From NCBI GenBank assembly GCA_965601925.1, contig OZ271854.1, positions 864,001 through 928,000 of the forward strand: a DNA stretch of 64,000 bases, written 5' to 3'. A model generated the notes under the pieces. That model was not told where the DNA came from. It saw nothing but the letters and a program-made list of their open reading frames with translations, and did no database searches. This DNA comes from Alkalispirochaeta sp. (GTDB taxonomy: Bacteria > Spirochaetota > Spirochaetia > DSM-27196 > Alkalispirochaetaceae). This document shows positions 39,789 to 49,305 of the stretch, piece by piece. Position numbers and translations under genes: made by a program. Numbering within the stretch: position 1 is the first letter of the stretch; the number at the start of each line of letters is the position of its first letter.

Positions 39789-40622
39789 CTACACGGTCCG
39801 AGGGGTAACCGGAACGCGCGTTATCCGCAGAGACCTGTCGGCGTCGCGCCACTCCACTACGGCGAAGGAGGGGTTTGGTTCGACAAGGGCCCAAGAAGCG
39901 GCCGACGTATCGAAGCGTGTAGAGAGGCTGTCGAGAGAGAGGAGATGCGCTTCCGAATCGTCGCCTGGACTCACGGCCGCGGTATACGGCATCCACTGAT
40001 GAACATGCCCCCACACCACGATGCTCGCCATGGCGCGGGCACGTCTCGCGGCGGCAAGATCGAGCAGCTCGCGTCGGTGGGGGTGCGCCGTGGCGTCGAT
40101 CCACGATGTGCCGACCGGCACGAGATGGCGGTGGGTAACAACGACCAAACCGCCCGGCTCTCCGAAGGCGCGCCGTACCTCCGGCGTGACCGCCGAGCCG
40201 TCGGGGAGCAGTACAACGCGCATCGCGCCGACACGCAGAACGGTCGGTTGTCGATGAACGTGTAGTCTCGATCCACTCATCGCCGCGGCCATACTCGTCG
40301 GATCGTCGTGGTTGCCCGGTATGATGTGCCACGTCAGCGCACGCGGCGATCCGGATATCGGCTCCCGAGAATCGGCGACGCGGCGCGCCACGGCTCCGAG
40401 AACCGATCGCGCGAAGGCTGCGTAGATCCGCGATGAGGCGGGCCGAGAAGCGACGTCACCGGCGTGTATCACGGCCTCCGGCGCCGACTCGGCGATCCGC
40501 GCCAGCGCCGCAGTGGTTATGCGCCACGGATCGCTATTGTGATACGGCTCGCCCGCGGGCGTAAGGTGGGTATCGGCCAGTACGACGATACGCGTGACGA
40601 GACGTTTCGGTTGACGGACCAC
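39789..40622 (-). CDS. Calcineurin-like metallophosphoesterase (CpdA/GpdQ-like)
   Basis: All five motifs are visible: DTH, GD, GNHD, THRH, GHVH. Confidence 0.85.
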   Translation of the reverse strand: MVRQPKRLVTRIVVLADTHLTPAGEPYHNSDPWRITTAALARIAESAPEAVIHAGDVASRPASSRIYAAFARSVLGAVARRVADSREPISGSPRALTWHIIPGNHDDPTSMAAAMSGSRLHVHRQPTVLRVGAMRVVLLPDGSAVTPEVRRAFGEPGGLVVVTHRHLVPVGTSWIDATAHPHRRELLDLAAARRARAMASIVVWGHVHQWMPYTAAVSPGDDSEAHLLSLDSLSTRFDTSAASWALVEPNPSFAVVEWRDADRSLRITRVPVTPRTV

Positions 40623-40628
40623 TCGTCG

Positions 40629-41747
40629 TCAACTCGATCGAAAGGCGTGCACGCGTCGGACCGACAACCGAACGCGCGCTCCCGGGGCGGGCGGCGGCGC
40701 ATCGTCGAGTACACTCGCGGCGACGACCACCTGCCCGTCGTCAAGATCCACCTCATGGAGCCGGTAGTCGCCCATGAAGGTCGACACACGCAGGCGCCCG
40801 CTGAGTGTGCCGCTCTCTCCTGAGCGCTCCTCGCGTGGGTGCGCGTTTATCTCGAGTGCCGAATGGCGCAACGACACGACCACCGGGGCACCCTCCTTCC
40901 GGGGAAGATCCGGTGTTGCGGCGACTCGCAAGACGTCACCGGCGATCGCCAGTTCCAGGTGGTCGCCCGCCTTTTTCACCGTCCCGGTGACGATCGAAGT
41001 CCGCCCCAGAAACCGTGCGACGAACTCCGATGCCGGCCGATCGTGAATCTCCTCAGGGGTTCCGAGCTGTACGACATGCCCGTCCGATAGCACGGCGATG
41101 CGGTCGGACATCGCCAACGCCTCTTCCTGGTCGTGCGTCACATATACGATCGTAAGGGCGAGGCGGCGCTGCAGCTCCTTCAGTTCGAATCGCATTTGCG
41201 CACGCAGGCGCGCATCCAGATTGGAGAGCGGCTCATCGAGAAGGAGCGCCGTCGGCTTCATGACCAACGCGCGCGCCAACGCGACTCGCTGCTGCTGCCC
41301 GCCGGATAGCTGCGCCGAGCGACGGTCCTCGAGTCCGTTAAGACGTACCTGCTGCAGCGCGACGCGTACACGCTCCCGGACCTCCACCCTCGGGACTTTG
41401 CGCACGCTCAACGGATACGCGACGTTCTCTCCGACGGTCATGTGCGGCCACACCGCATAAGACTGAAAGACCATCCCCAGATCGCGCCGTTCGGGAGGAA
41501 TTAGGAGTCCCCGTCGCGGGTCACTGACCGTTCGCGTATCGATGGCGATCGTCCCCGCGTCTATCTGGAAAAAACCGGCGATCGCCCTCAGTAGGGTCGT
41601 TTTTCCGCACCCCGAGGGTCCCAATAAGGTAAAGAACTCTTGATCGCGAATGGAAAGCGAGACATCGGCCAGGGCCCGTTTATGCTGCCCCGGTGTGCGC
41701 CTGTTACCGTATCCCTTCGCTACTCCGGAAATCTCTATCTGTGCCAC
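40629..41747 (-). CDS. ABC ATPase (FbpC/PotA-like, TOBE)
   Basis: GPSGCGKT; FQSYAVWPHM; LSGGQQQR; LLDEPLSNLD. Confidence 0.93.
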   Translation of the reverse strand: MAQIEISGVAKGYGNRRTPGQHKRALADVSLSIRDQEFFTLLGPSGCGKTTLLRAIAGFFQIDAGTIAIDTRTVSDPRRGLLIPPERRDLGMVFQSYAVWPHMTVGENVAYPLSVRKVPRVEVRERVRVALQQVRLNGLEDRRSAQLSGGQQQRVALARALVMKPTALLLDEPLSNLDARLRAQMRFELKELQRRLALTIVYVTHDQEEALAMSDRIAVLSDGHVVQLGTPEEIHDRPASEFVARFLGRTSIVTGTVKKAGDHLELAIAGDVLRVAATPDLPRKEGAPVVVSLRHSALEINAHPREERSGESGTLSGRLRVSTFMGDYRLHEVDLDDGQVVVAASVLDDAPPPAPGARVRLSVRRVHAFRSS

Positions 41748-41764
41748 GCAACACCTCTCTTGTC

Positions 41765-43456
41765 TTACGTTCGCCGTCTCTCAATAACCCGCCGCGTCAA
41801 AAGGTCGACGACGAGCACCATCGCGATGATTACGATCGAAAGCGCCGACGCAACGGGCAGTAGTCCCTCCTGCATGATGTTGTACGCGGTGACGCCGATC
41901 GTCTCGTTTCCCGGAGAGTACAGGAGAATACTGAGTGTGAGCTCGGTCAAAGCGGGCATGAATACCAACATCCAGCCCGAGAGCACCGACGGCTTTACGA
42001 TCGGTAGGAGAATATCCCGACCGCTCTGCGCTGCGGTTGCGCCGGACAGACGCGCCGCCTCAACGAGGGTCCCATCGACGGAGCGGAGCGCCGCATCGAC
42101 GGACCGCATCGGGAAAATCATAAACCGAATTAAATACGCGACGGCGAGTATCCACCACGTGTTGTACAACCGGAGGCCGAGCACCGGTCGGATCCAGGTA
42201 ACGATGATCGCGATACCGATCACCATTCCCGGAACGGCATACGGAACGCTTGCGACGAAATCGACCAAACGCGCGATACGCCGTCGGAAGGCGGTACGTC
42301 CGTACCGTCGCACGAAAATCACGACGAGTGCGGCGGCGCTCGAGAGCGTCGCTATCGAGACGCCGAGCAGCAAACTGTTGCGAACCGACCGCTCTACGAC
42401 GGGCATAGCCGTCACGATTCGTCCGAAGTGGTCAAAGGTCAGATTCTCGAAGGACAGCGGGAGTCCCAACGCGCGCGTCAGTGCGGTAAGCAACACGGCG
42501 GCGATCGGTGCAACCACGCCCAAAGCCGCAACGATAACGAGTGCGGCGTACAGAGGCCATCGAAGCGGTCCGAGACGAACCGGCGGCGCTTGCGAGCTCT
42601 TGCCCGAGACGGTCACGAACTTCTCGTGTCGAATGAAATACTGTTGTAACCATAGGCCGACGGCGCCGATCACCAGAAGAACCAGCGACAACCCCGCGGC
42701 GATGTGGAGCCCCCATGGATTTCCGAAGCTCCCGACGTACGCGTAGATCCGTGTGGTGAGTACGACAAAGCGCCCCGGCACGCCGAGAATCGCCGGTATC
42801 CCGAACATCGACACGGTAGTCACGAACACGATTACGGCGGCGGCGCCGATGGAGGGCAAGAGCGTCGGCACCGTAATGTCCATCGCCGAGCGAAACGGTG
42901 TCGCCCCCGACACGCGGGCGCTCTCCTCCAAACTGGCGTCCATGTTGACCATCGCCTTGCGGAGAATCAAAAAGGCGAACGGGAAGGTATATATCGCCGA
43001 GACCGCGATCACGCCCCCGGCGCCGTAGATCGAAATCGGCGCTCGGTCGAGGTTGAGCGCCCACATAAGGAACCGATTGTAGTATCCCACGGGCCCCAGC
43101 AGCCGTGTCCACGCAAAGGCAGAGATGAACGGCGGTATAAAGTACGGAGTCACGAAGATCCACGAAAGAAAACGCGCTCCCGGTAGATCGGTGCGCGCGA
43201 GAAGATATGCAAGCACCGTCGCGACGGCGACGGCAATTATGGTGACGGAGACGCCCACGAACAGACTGTTGAGAAGGGCCCTAAAGTCGGACCCGCCGAG
43301 CGCCAACACCGATATGTTCTCGAGGGTCGCCGCACCGTCGCGGGAAAAAGCGATACCCCCAAGACGTACGAAGGGCCACACATAGAGAAAAAGCAACAGA
43401 ACCGTCGCGACGGCAAAGGCCGCGACGGTCATGACGCGTGAGGTGGAGTGTTCCAT
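41765..43456 (-). CDS. Duplicated ABC permease (FbpB/AfuB-like)
   Basis: About 12 TM segments with two EAA loops (SLEESARVSGA; TLVEAARLSGA). Confidence 0.9.
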   Translation of the reverse strand: MEHSTSRVMTVAAFAVATVLLLFLYVWPFVRLGGIAFSRDGAATLENISVLALGGSDFRALLNSLFVGVSVTIIAVAVATVLAYLLARTDLPGARFLSWIFVTPYFIPPFISAFAWTRLLGPVGYYNRFLMWALNLDRAPISIYGAGGVIAVSAIYTFPFAFLILRKAMVNMDASLEESARVSGATPFRSAMDITVPTLLPSIGAAAVIVFVTTVSMFGIPAILGVPGRFVVLTTRIYAYVGSFGNPWGLHIAAGLSLVLLVIGAVGLWLQQYFIRHEKFVTVSGKSSQAPPVRLGPLRWPLYAALVIVAALGVVAPIAAVLLTALTRALGLPLSFENLTFDHFGRIVTAMPVVERSVRNSLLLGVSIATLSSAAALVVIFVRRYGRTAFRRRIARLVDFVASVPYAVPGMVIGIAIIVTWIRPVLGLRLYNTWWILAVAYLIRFMIFPMRSVDAALRSVDGTLVEAARLSGATAAQSGRDILLPIVKPSVLSGWMLVFMPALTELTLSILLYSPGNETIGVTAYNIMQEGLLPVASALSIVIIAMVLVVDLLTRRVIERRRT

Positions 43457-43460
43457 CGAG

Positions 43461-44477
43461 TTAGTTAATGCCGAAGATCTCTCCGTAGGTGGCGAGGATC
43501 TCTTCACGATTGCTCCGGAACACCTGCCAATCGGTCGTCAGAATGGCGATCTCGTCGGCCGGCGTCATGCCCTCCGGTAAGGCGACGTTGCGATTGACCG
43601 GCAGATAACCGCGTGCCGAGAGCTGGAGTTGCCCCGGTACACTCAAAAGGTAGTTGATGAACGCTTCCGCCAACACCGGATTATCCGTCGTCGACAGCGC
43701 GGCGACGGGCGTCGGTACGTAGAGTGATCCCTCCTCCTGGTAGACGTATCCGACCGGTGCGCCTTGAGCCATCTGGGCACGGGCCATGAAATCGATCGTC
43801 AACCCGAGGGCGAACTCTCCGGTTGCGATTCGATTGGCGACACCACCGTTACCTCCACCGACCACCGCACCGTTGGCGGCCAGCGCCTCGTAGAACTCCC
43901 ACCCGAACCGGTCGTCGTTGGAGAGGGTCGCCGCCTGAGTCAGTGTGGCGCCGGAGGTAAAGGGAGAGGCTGAACCGACGCGCCCGCTCCAGCGCGCATC
44001 GGTGAGATCGGCCCATCCGGACGCTCCGTCGGGAACAATATTGGTGTTATACGCGACGACTTGATAGATTAAGCGCGCCTCGTATGCCATTCCGTCGAAG
44101 TACACGTACTGCTCGGGAATATTCGCCGCCTCGGAAGGGGCTATCTGCAGAAGGTCGCCGGCGGCGGCGAAGTCCTCAAACAGCGCCATATCGGCAAACC
44201 AGATCACGTCGGCGGAGGGCGAACCGGCCTCCATTTCCGCCGAAAGGCGAGCGACCAGCTCGGTCGTTCCGAGACGAAAAATCTCGACCTGGGTACCGGG
44301 GTTGAGCCGCTCGAACTGATTGACATAGAGCTGCACGTCGGTGAGCGTCTCGGACGTGAAGAGCGTGATGGTGCCCGCCGGACCGTCGGCGGAAGCCGCT
44401 TCCTCCGCTCCTCCGCCGGCGAAAGTCAAACCGACGACCAATACGAACACAAGCAAGGTGAAAAAATTTCTGATCAT
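43461..44477 (-). CDS. ABC substrate-binding protein (AfuA/FbpA cluster)
   Basis: Signal peptide; GTTELVARL.AE...ADVIW; VAYNT; AEAFINYLLS..GQ. GGAGGA SD. Confidence 0.88.
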   Translation of the reverse strand: MIRNFFTLLVFVLVVGLTFAGGGAEEAASADGPAGTITLFTSETLTDVQLYVNQFERLNPGTQVEIFRLGTTELVARLSAEMEAGSPSADVIWFADMALFEDFAAAGDLLQIAPSEAANIPEQYVYFDGMAYEARLIYQVVAYNTNIVPDGASGWADLTDARWSGRVGSASPFTSGATLTQAATLSNDDRFGWEFYEALAANGAVVGGGNGGVANRIATGEFALGLTIDFMARAQMAQGAPVGYVYQEEGSLYVPTPVAALSTTDNPVLAEAFINYLLSVPGQLQLSARGYLPVNRNVALPEGMTPADEIAILTTDWQVFRSNREEILATYGEIFGIN

Positions 44478-44521
44478 GAAAGATCCTCCAGGAGTGTATG
44501 AAGTAGAGCCTAAAGTCGATA

Positions 44522-44565
44522 CAAACGGTTAGAATCGTGTTACACATCCGTAAGAATGCGGTTAA
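44522..44565 (-). promoter_or_regulatory. Four 11-bp-periodic direct repeats (Pho-box-like)
   Basis: Minus strand reads TTAACCGCATT|CTTACGGATGT|GTAACACGATT|CTAACCGTTTG. Confidence 0.6.
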
Positions 44566-44696
44566 TCGACACGTCGTCACATCAAGAATGATCGCGGACG
44601 TCCCGTGTGCCGTTCGGCCCTGGAGATTTTTTGTTTGCCACGCACGTATGCGAAAAAGTGTGTGCATCCGGTCGGATCAGGTACTATACTGCCGAT

Positions 44697-47576
44697 ATGA
44701 TACAACTCGACGAAGTCGCGCCGGCTACACATCTCTCTGCTGATGATCTCGACTACCTGGCCGATTTTCTTCTCTCGACCGGCTCTCTAACGCCGGAGGC
44801 GGTGCGGGAAAACATCGTATGGTTCGTCAGAGACTTGGGAATCGATGCGTATTATTTTCGCACCACACCCTTGGAAGAGTTGGGGCGCCATATCCTGGCG
44901 TTGGCCTCCTCGGAGATGGTGGCACGCCACGGTGGTGACGGCGTCGCCGTTCAACTAATTAGCGAGCAGAGTCACAAAGCGATCTACATTGTCGAGGATC
45001 GTGCCGAGCGCATCCGCGAGGTAGAACTGCGCATCGAAAAGCGCTATGCACGATTTCGTTTGGAGAGTTATCTCACCGGAACGCTCCAGGGAGGCGGTGT
45101 GCTCCGCTTCTATATCGCCACACGCCCCGAGTATCCCGATCCCGCAACTACCGCGATACGTGAGGACGCCCGTCGCTCCGACGGCCGCGAGCCGTTCCCG
45201 CTATGCGCTACGACGAGCTTCTTGGAGCGATCATTACCGGCCACAATCGAACGCTACCGTTCCATCTGGAACGATCTTAACGGTCACTTGGCGCCGATCG
45301 TCCATATCTCGGAGAAACGGGACAGTGAAGAGATGCGTATCATGGTCGGACTCCACGGCGCCAAGAGCCGTAGAATCCTCACTTCATTTTCGCAACTCTT
45401 CGACAATATGCGGATTCTCGTTCGTCGGCGCTACATCGAGCCGTTCAACGACAACAAGTACGTCCTTACGTTCTATACGCCGCCGGTCGCCGACGATCGG
45501 GTGGAGACGTTGCGGCGCGAGTTGAACGCCGTGGCGATGCTTCCTCAAAATCCCATCACGGCGCTCTTCTCCGGGGAGCGTATGTCGGCACAACAGACGA
45601 TGTACGCCATCGCGGCGGCGGCGTTTACCCACCAGTTCGTGTCGGAGTTCTCCGAGGGATACCATCTGCTTCAGGAAGCGGTGGCGTCCAATCCCGAGGC
45701 GCTCGGCATTCTGGACGCGATGCGGTCGAACATGACCAAGAATACGTTTTCGACGGCGCGGATCGCCAACACGGTGCTCTCTCACCCCGACGTCGTAGCG
45801 CTCCTCTACCGACACTTCTGCGCGACCGGCGATGAGCGCGAACGTGCGGCGGTCGCAATCGAGGAGGCGCTTAAACGGGATGTGCCGTACCACCGCGACA
45901 GGACGATTCTCGATTACTTCAGGCGCTTTAACGAATCGGTGAAGCGCACCAACTTCTTCGTGCACGACGCGGCGGCGCTCGTGTTTCGGATGGGGAGCGG
46001 ATTTCTCGACTCTCAGGACTACGCCGAGGAGCCGTTCGGCATCTTCTTTCTCGTCGGTCGCGAGTTCAGCGGGTTTCACGTACGATTCCGCGATATCGCG
46101 CGCGGAGGCATACGTATCGTTCGCAGTCGCACCGCCGATGCGTGGGGACGCAACGTCGATACGATCTTCCAGGAAAACTACAACCTGGCGGCGACCCAGC
46201 AACGAAAGAACAAAGATATTCCGGAGGGTGGGAGCAAGGGCATCGTCCTGTTGAGCCCGGAGTTCGGAGAGGATACCGAGGCCACCGACGGCGCATTTCG
46301 CGGTTATGCGGACGCCCTCATCGATCTCATGGTGCAACCGTCGGACTCCCCGGAGGTTCTCTTTCTCGGCCCCGACGAAGGCTCGGCGGGACTGATGGAT
46401 TGGGCGGCGCTCCACGCAAAGAAACGGGGCTATCCGTTCTGGAAAAGTTTCACGACCGGGAAGTCGCTCGCCTTGGGCGGCATCCCCCACGACCGCTACG
46501 GTATGACGACCAGAAGCGTCCATACCTTCGCCACCGCCGTGCTGGAGAAACTGGGCCTCGAGGAAGAGTCAATTCGCAAAGTGCAGACCGGCGGCCCGGA
46601 CGGCGACCTCGGAAGCAACGAGATTCTTATCTCACGCGACAAGACCGTCGCGATCGTCGACGGGAGCGGCGTGCTGTACGATCCGGAAGGAATCGATCGC
46701 GACGAACTGGTTCGTCTCGCGCGGTCACGTCGAGCGGTCGCGGCATTTCCGCGCGATCGCTTGAGCGCCCACGGGTTCTTCGTCGGTGTGGACGATCGCG
46801 ATGTCACCCTTCCCGACGGCAGCGTTCAGGCCAACGGTGAGCAATTTCGCAATAAGTTCCATCTCAGCCGCTACATGGACGCCGAACTCTTTGTGCCGTG
46901 CGGCGGCCGCCCCGGAGCGATCACCATCGCAAACTGGAAGGCGCTGTTCCACGAAGATGGTACACCGCGCATCCGCGCATTGGTAGAGGGAGCCAACCTA
47001 TTCGTAACTCAGGAGGCGCGGATCCGTCTGGAGGAGCGCGGCGTGATCGTGCTCAAGGACGCGTCGACCAATAAGGGCGGCGTGACAAGCTCGTCTCTGG
47101 AGGTCTACGCGGGCCTCGCAATGAACGATGAGGAGTTTGAGCACCATATGTGCGTGGACGCGGACTCGGAAGACGAGTCGCCGTTCCGCACGGCGTACGT
47201 TGCGGCGATCATCGAGCGAGTAGAGATCAACGCGCGCGCCGAGTTTGACGTGATGTGGGCCGAAAGGGAGCGTAGCGGGCGACCATTGACGCACATCTCG
47301 GATGAGGTGAGTGCGCGTATCAATCGTATCACCGACGCGATCGGGCGCTCCGATCTGTTGCGAAACGCCGCGATTCGTCGCGCGGTCATCGCGGAGTACA
47401 CGCCGAAGCCGATGTTGGAGCTCGTCGGTTTGGAACGGATCATAGAACGCGTTCCGCAGTCGTACCTCGACGCTATCGTCGCCAGTCGAATCGCCTCGCG
47501 ATTCGTGTACGATCGCGGCCTACGATCCACGGAAGTGGACTTCGCGATGTACGTCGAAGAACTCGGGCGCACGTAG
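44697..47576 (+). CDS. NAD-specific glutamate dehydrogenase, large fungal GDH2-like type
   Basis: FRDIARGGIRIVRS; KNKDIPEGGSKG; FLGPDEG; FTTGK..LGGIPHD.YGMTT; QTGGPDGDLGSNEI; VEGANLF; NKGGVTSSS. Confidence 0.9.
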   Translation: MIQLDEVAPATHLSADDLDYLADFLLSTGSLTPEAVRENIVWFVRDLGIDAYYFRTTPLEELGRHILALASSEMVARHGGDGVAVQLISEQSHKAIYIVEDRAERIREVELRIEKRYARFRLESYLTGTLQGGGVLRFYIATRPEYPDPATTAIREDARRSDGREPFPLCATTSFLERSLPATIERYRSIWNDLNGHLAPIVHISEKRDSEEMRIMVGLHGAKSRRILTSFSQLFDNMRILVRRRYIEPFNDNKYVLTFYTPPVADDRVETLRRELNAVAMLPQNPITALFSGERMSAQQTMYAIAAAAFTHQFVSEFSEGYHLLQEAVASNPEALGILDAMRSNMTKNTFSTARIANTVLSHPDVVALLYRHFCATGDERERAAVAIEEALKRDVPYHRDRTILDYFRRFNESVKRTNFFVHDAAALVFRMGSGFLDSQDYAEEPFGIFFLVGREFSGFHVRFRDIARGGIRIVRSRTADAWGRNVDTIFQENYNLAATQQRKNKDIPEGGSKGIVLLSPEFGEDTEATDGAFRGYADALIDLMVQPSDSPEVLFLGPDEGSAGLMDWAALHAKKRGYPFWKSFTTGKSLALGGIPHDRYGMTTRSVHTFATAVLEKLGLEEESIRKVQTGGPDGDLGSNEILISRDKTVAIVDGSGVLYDPEGIDRDELVRLARSRRAVAAFPRDRLSAHGFFVGVDDRDVTLPDGSVQANGEQFRNKFHLSRYMDAELFVPCGGRPGAITIANWKALFHEDGTPRIRALVEGANLFVTQEARIRLEERGVIVLKDASTNKGGVTSSSLEVYAGLAMNDEEFEHHMCVDADSEDESPFRTAYVAAIIERVEINARAEFDVMWAERERSGRPLTHISDEVSARINRITDAIGRSDLLRNAAIRRAVIAEYTPKPMLELVGLERIIERVPQSYLDAIVASRIASRFVYDRGLRSTEVDFAMYVEELGRT

Positions 47577-47697
47577 TACGCCGGTCCGACAACGCCTGCG
47601 GACTCGGCCGCGTCGCAGAATGCTTCGCGGCAGACCGTTGCGCTATGCTCTATCGAACACACGACGCGCCGGTTCGTCCGTCCGATTGCGCCGTCGA

Positions 47698-49302
47698 CTA
47701 GCGGCGCGCGACTCCCAGCGGCCCGATGTGGCGCTCGAAGTGGTCGACGAGGAGCTGCGCATACTCCTCTTCGTAACGAAAGAGCGCGTCGTACAGCGCC
47801 GCCGCGAGTTCGCGATTCTGCAGGATACCGCCGTAGGAGATATGCAGCATTTGCCGCGCGTTGGCGTCGTCCAAATATGCGGGAAGGTCGGCATCGTCGA
47901 CCGAGTCGGGCGGTGTGATTGCGTCGAAATCGGCGGTAATGTGATAGAAACGCAACGCCGTCGGATAGTATTGCAATACGAACCGGTGAATCCGGCGGTA
48001 GAGCGCCGGATCGTGAACCGCGATCGTCCGGAGAGCCTCCAGCCAACTCGTACCCGACGTCTTGAGATGCAGCCGAAGTCCCGTTTCCCGTCCGACGATC
48101 GGGTAGACGGCAAACTTATCGCTTCCTGAGTGGACCGAAATTTTGTAGTTGCCGTAGGAGCGCGCGATCAGGCAGTGCACGCGAAACTGCCGCTCGAACT
48201 CGGCCACATCGCCGATGTAATCCACCGCCTTTTGAAAGTCGCCGATAAACCGTGGCGCAAGGCTGTTCACCAGAACGCCGCGGTGTTGCAGCTCCCGGGC
48301 GATGAACAGATGGTGGGCGGGAAGCGTCGGCGTGGTCGTCTCGTCGATCGAGATTTCCAGATCGTACGCTCCATCGGTAGCGCGATCTAGATGGTCGTTG
48401 ACCCGGCTGCTGAAGGTTAACGCCGGCCCGTACATGACCGCGCATCGCCGAGCGTCGGCGGTGGTAAAATGAATCTCCACCTTGTTGCCGTCGCCGTCGG
48501 TACCGACGGCGAACGTCTGCCCCACGTACTCATGATCGACCCTATCTCGAAAGGCGTCCTCAAGCTCACCGAATGCGCTCAATACTTCGGCGTCGCTCCA
48601 CTGTGCCACCTCCGGGCGCATGACCTCGGTGAGGTCGAGGGTAATCATCGGCATCGAGGAGCTGAGTGCGATATCGATGGAGGAGACATTCTTGAGATGG
48701 TCCCCGTCGGCGCCGTACCCGTCGCGATATCCCTCCTGAAAGACACCCCACGTCGCGTTGGCAACGACATCGTCGAACGTGCGGCCGATGAAGTCGTTTT
48801 CCCGCACGCTCTGCTGGGCGAGCACCGGCGCCGCATCGAACTGGCGAACGGCGCGAATGTGGCCGGGAGTCGCAACGCCGACGCGGTCACCCATTCCGAT
48901 CGTAGTACGACGCTCTCTAAGTGAGGTTGGTGCGGTCCACGGAAAGAGCGCGTGAAGCGCGACGGCGTTCTTTTGGGTAAGCTCGGCGGTGGCGACCCAC
49001 GGGGAGTGCTTGGAGACCTCAGCGAGATCGAGCGCACCTACCGCGTCGTGGGCTTTACCGTGTCGAGCGGCGACGAAGAGGTGTCGAGTGCCGGAACCGG
49101 CGGACTCCTCGGAATCGAAACGCACCATACCGAAGAGCGCTCCTTCGTGCCACGTCAGGCTTCGGAGATATATGCGAACCGCACCCGAACCGATACTCGG
49201 ACTCTCAGAGAGGGCCAGACCGGCCAGGCGTCGGTGAAGTCCCTCCTGTATCGCGTCGTCCAAAAGTCCTTCTCTCTCTATCAATGTTACCAGCATATCC
49301 AT
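47698..49302 (-). CDS. uxaE: Tagaturonate/fructuronate epimerase
   Basis: GMGDRVG.ATPGH; LAQQSVRE; YGADGDHLK; EISIDET; SLAPRFIGDFQKAVDY; KISVHSGSDKF; HLKTSGTSWLEA. Confidence 0.92.
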   Translation of the reverse strand: MDMLVTLIEREGLLDDAIQEGLHRRLAGLALSESPSIGSGAVRIYLRSLTWHEGALFGMVRFDSEESAGSGTRHLFVAARHGKAHDAVGALDLAEVSKHSPWVATAELTQKNAVALHALFPWTAPTSLRERRTTIGMGDRVGVATPGHIRAVRQFDAAPVLAQQSVRENDFIGRTFDDVVANATWGVFQEGYRDGYGADGDHLKNVSSIDIALSSSMPMITLDLTEVMRPEVAQWSDAEVLSAFGELEDAFRDRVDHEYVGQTFAVGTDGDGNKVEIHFTTADARRCAVMYGPALTFSSRVNDHLDRATDGAYDLEISIDETTTPTLPAHHLFIARELQHRGVLVNSLAPRFIGDFQKAVDYIGDVAEFERQFRVHCLIARSYGNYKISVHSGSDKFAVYPIVGRETGLRLHLKTSGTSWLEALRTIAVHDPALYRRIHRFVLQYYPTALRFYHITADFDAITPPDSVDDADLPAYLDDANARQMLHISYGGILQNRELAAALYDALFRYEEEYAQLLVDHFERHIGPLGVARR

Positions 49303-49305
49303 GCT

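Noticed and set aside
47577..47697. Possible structured RNA between convergent gdh and uxaE
   Set aside because: Only short imperfect GC stems, with no recognisable family or T-tract.
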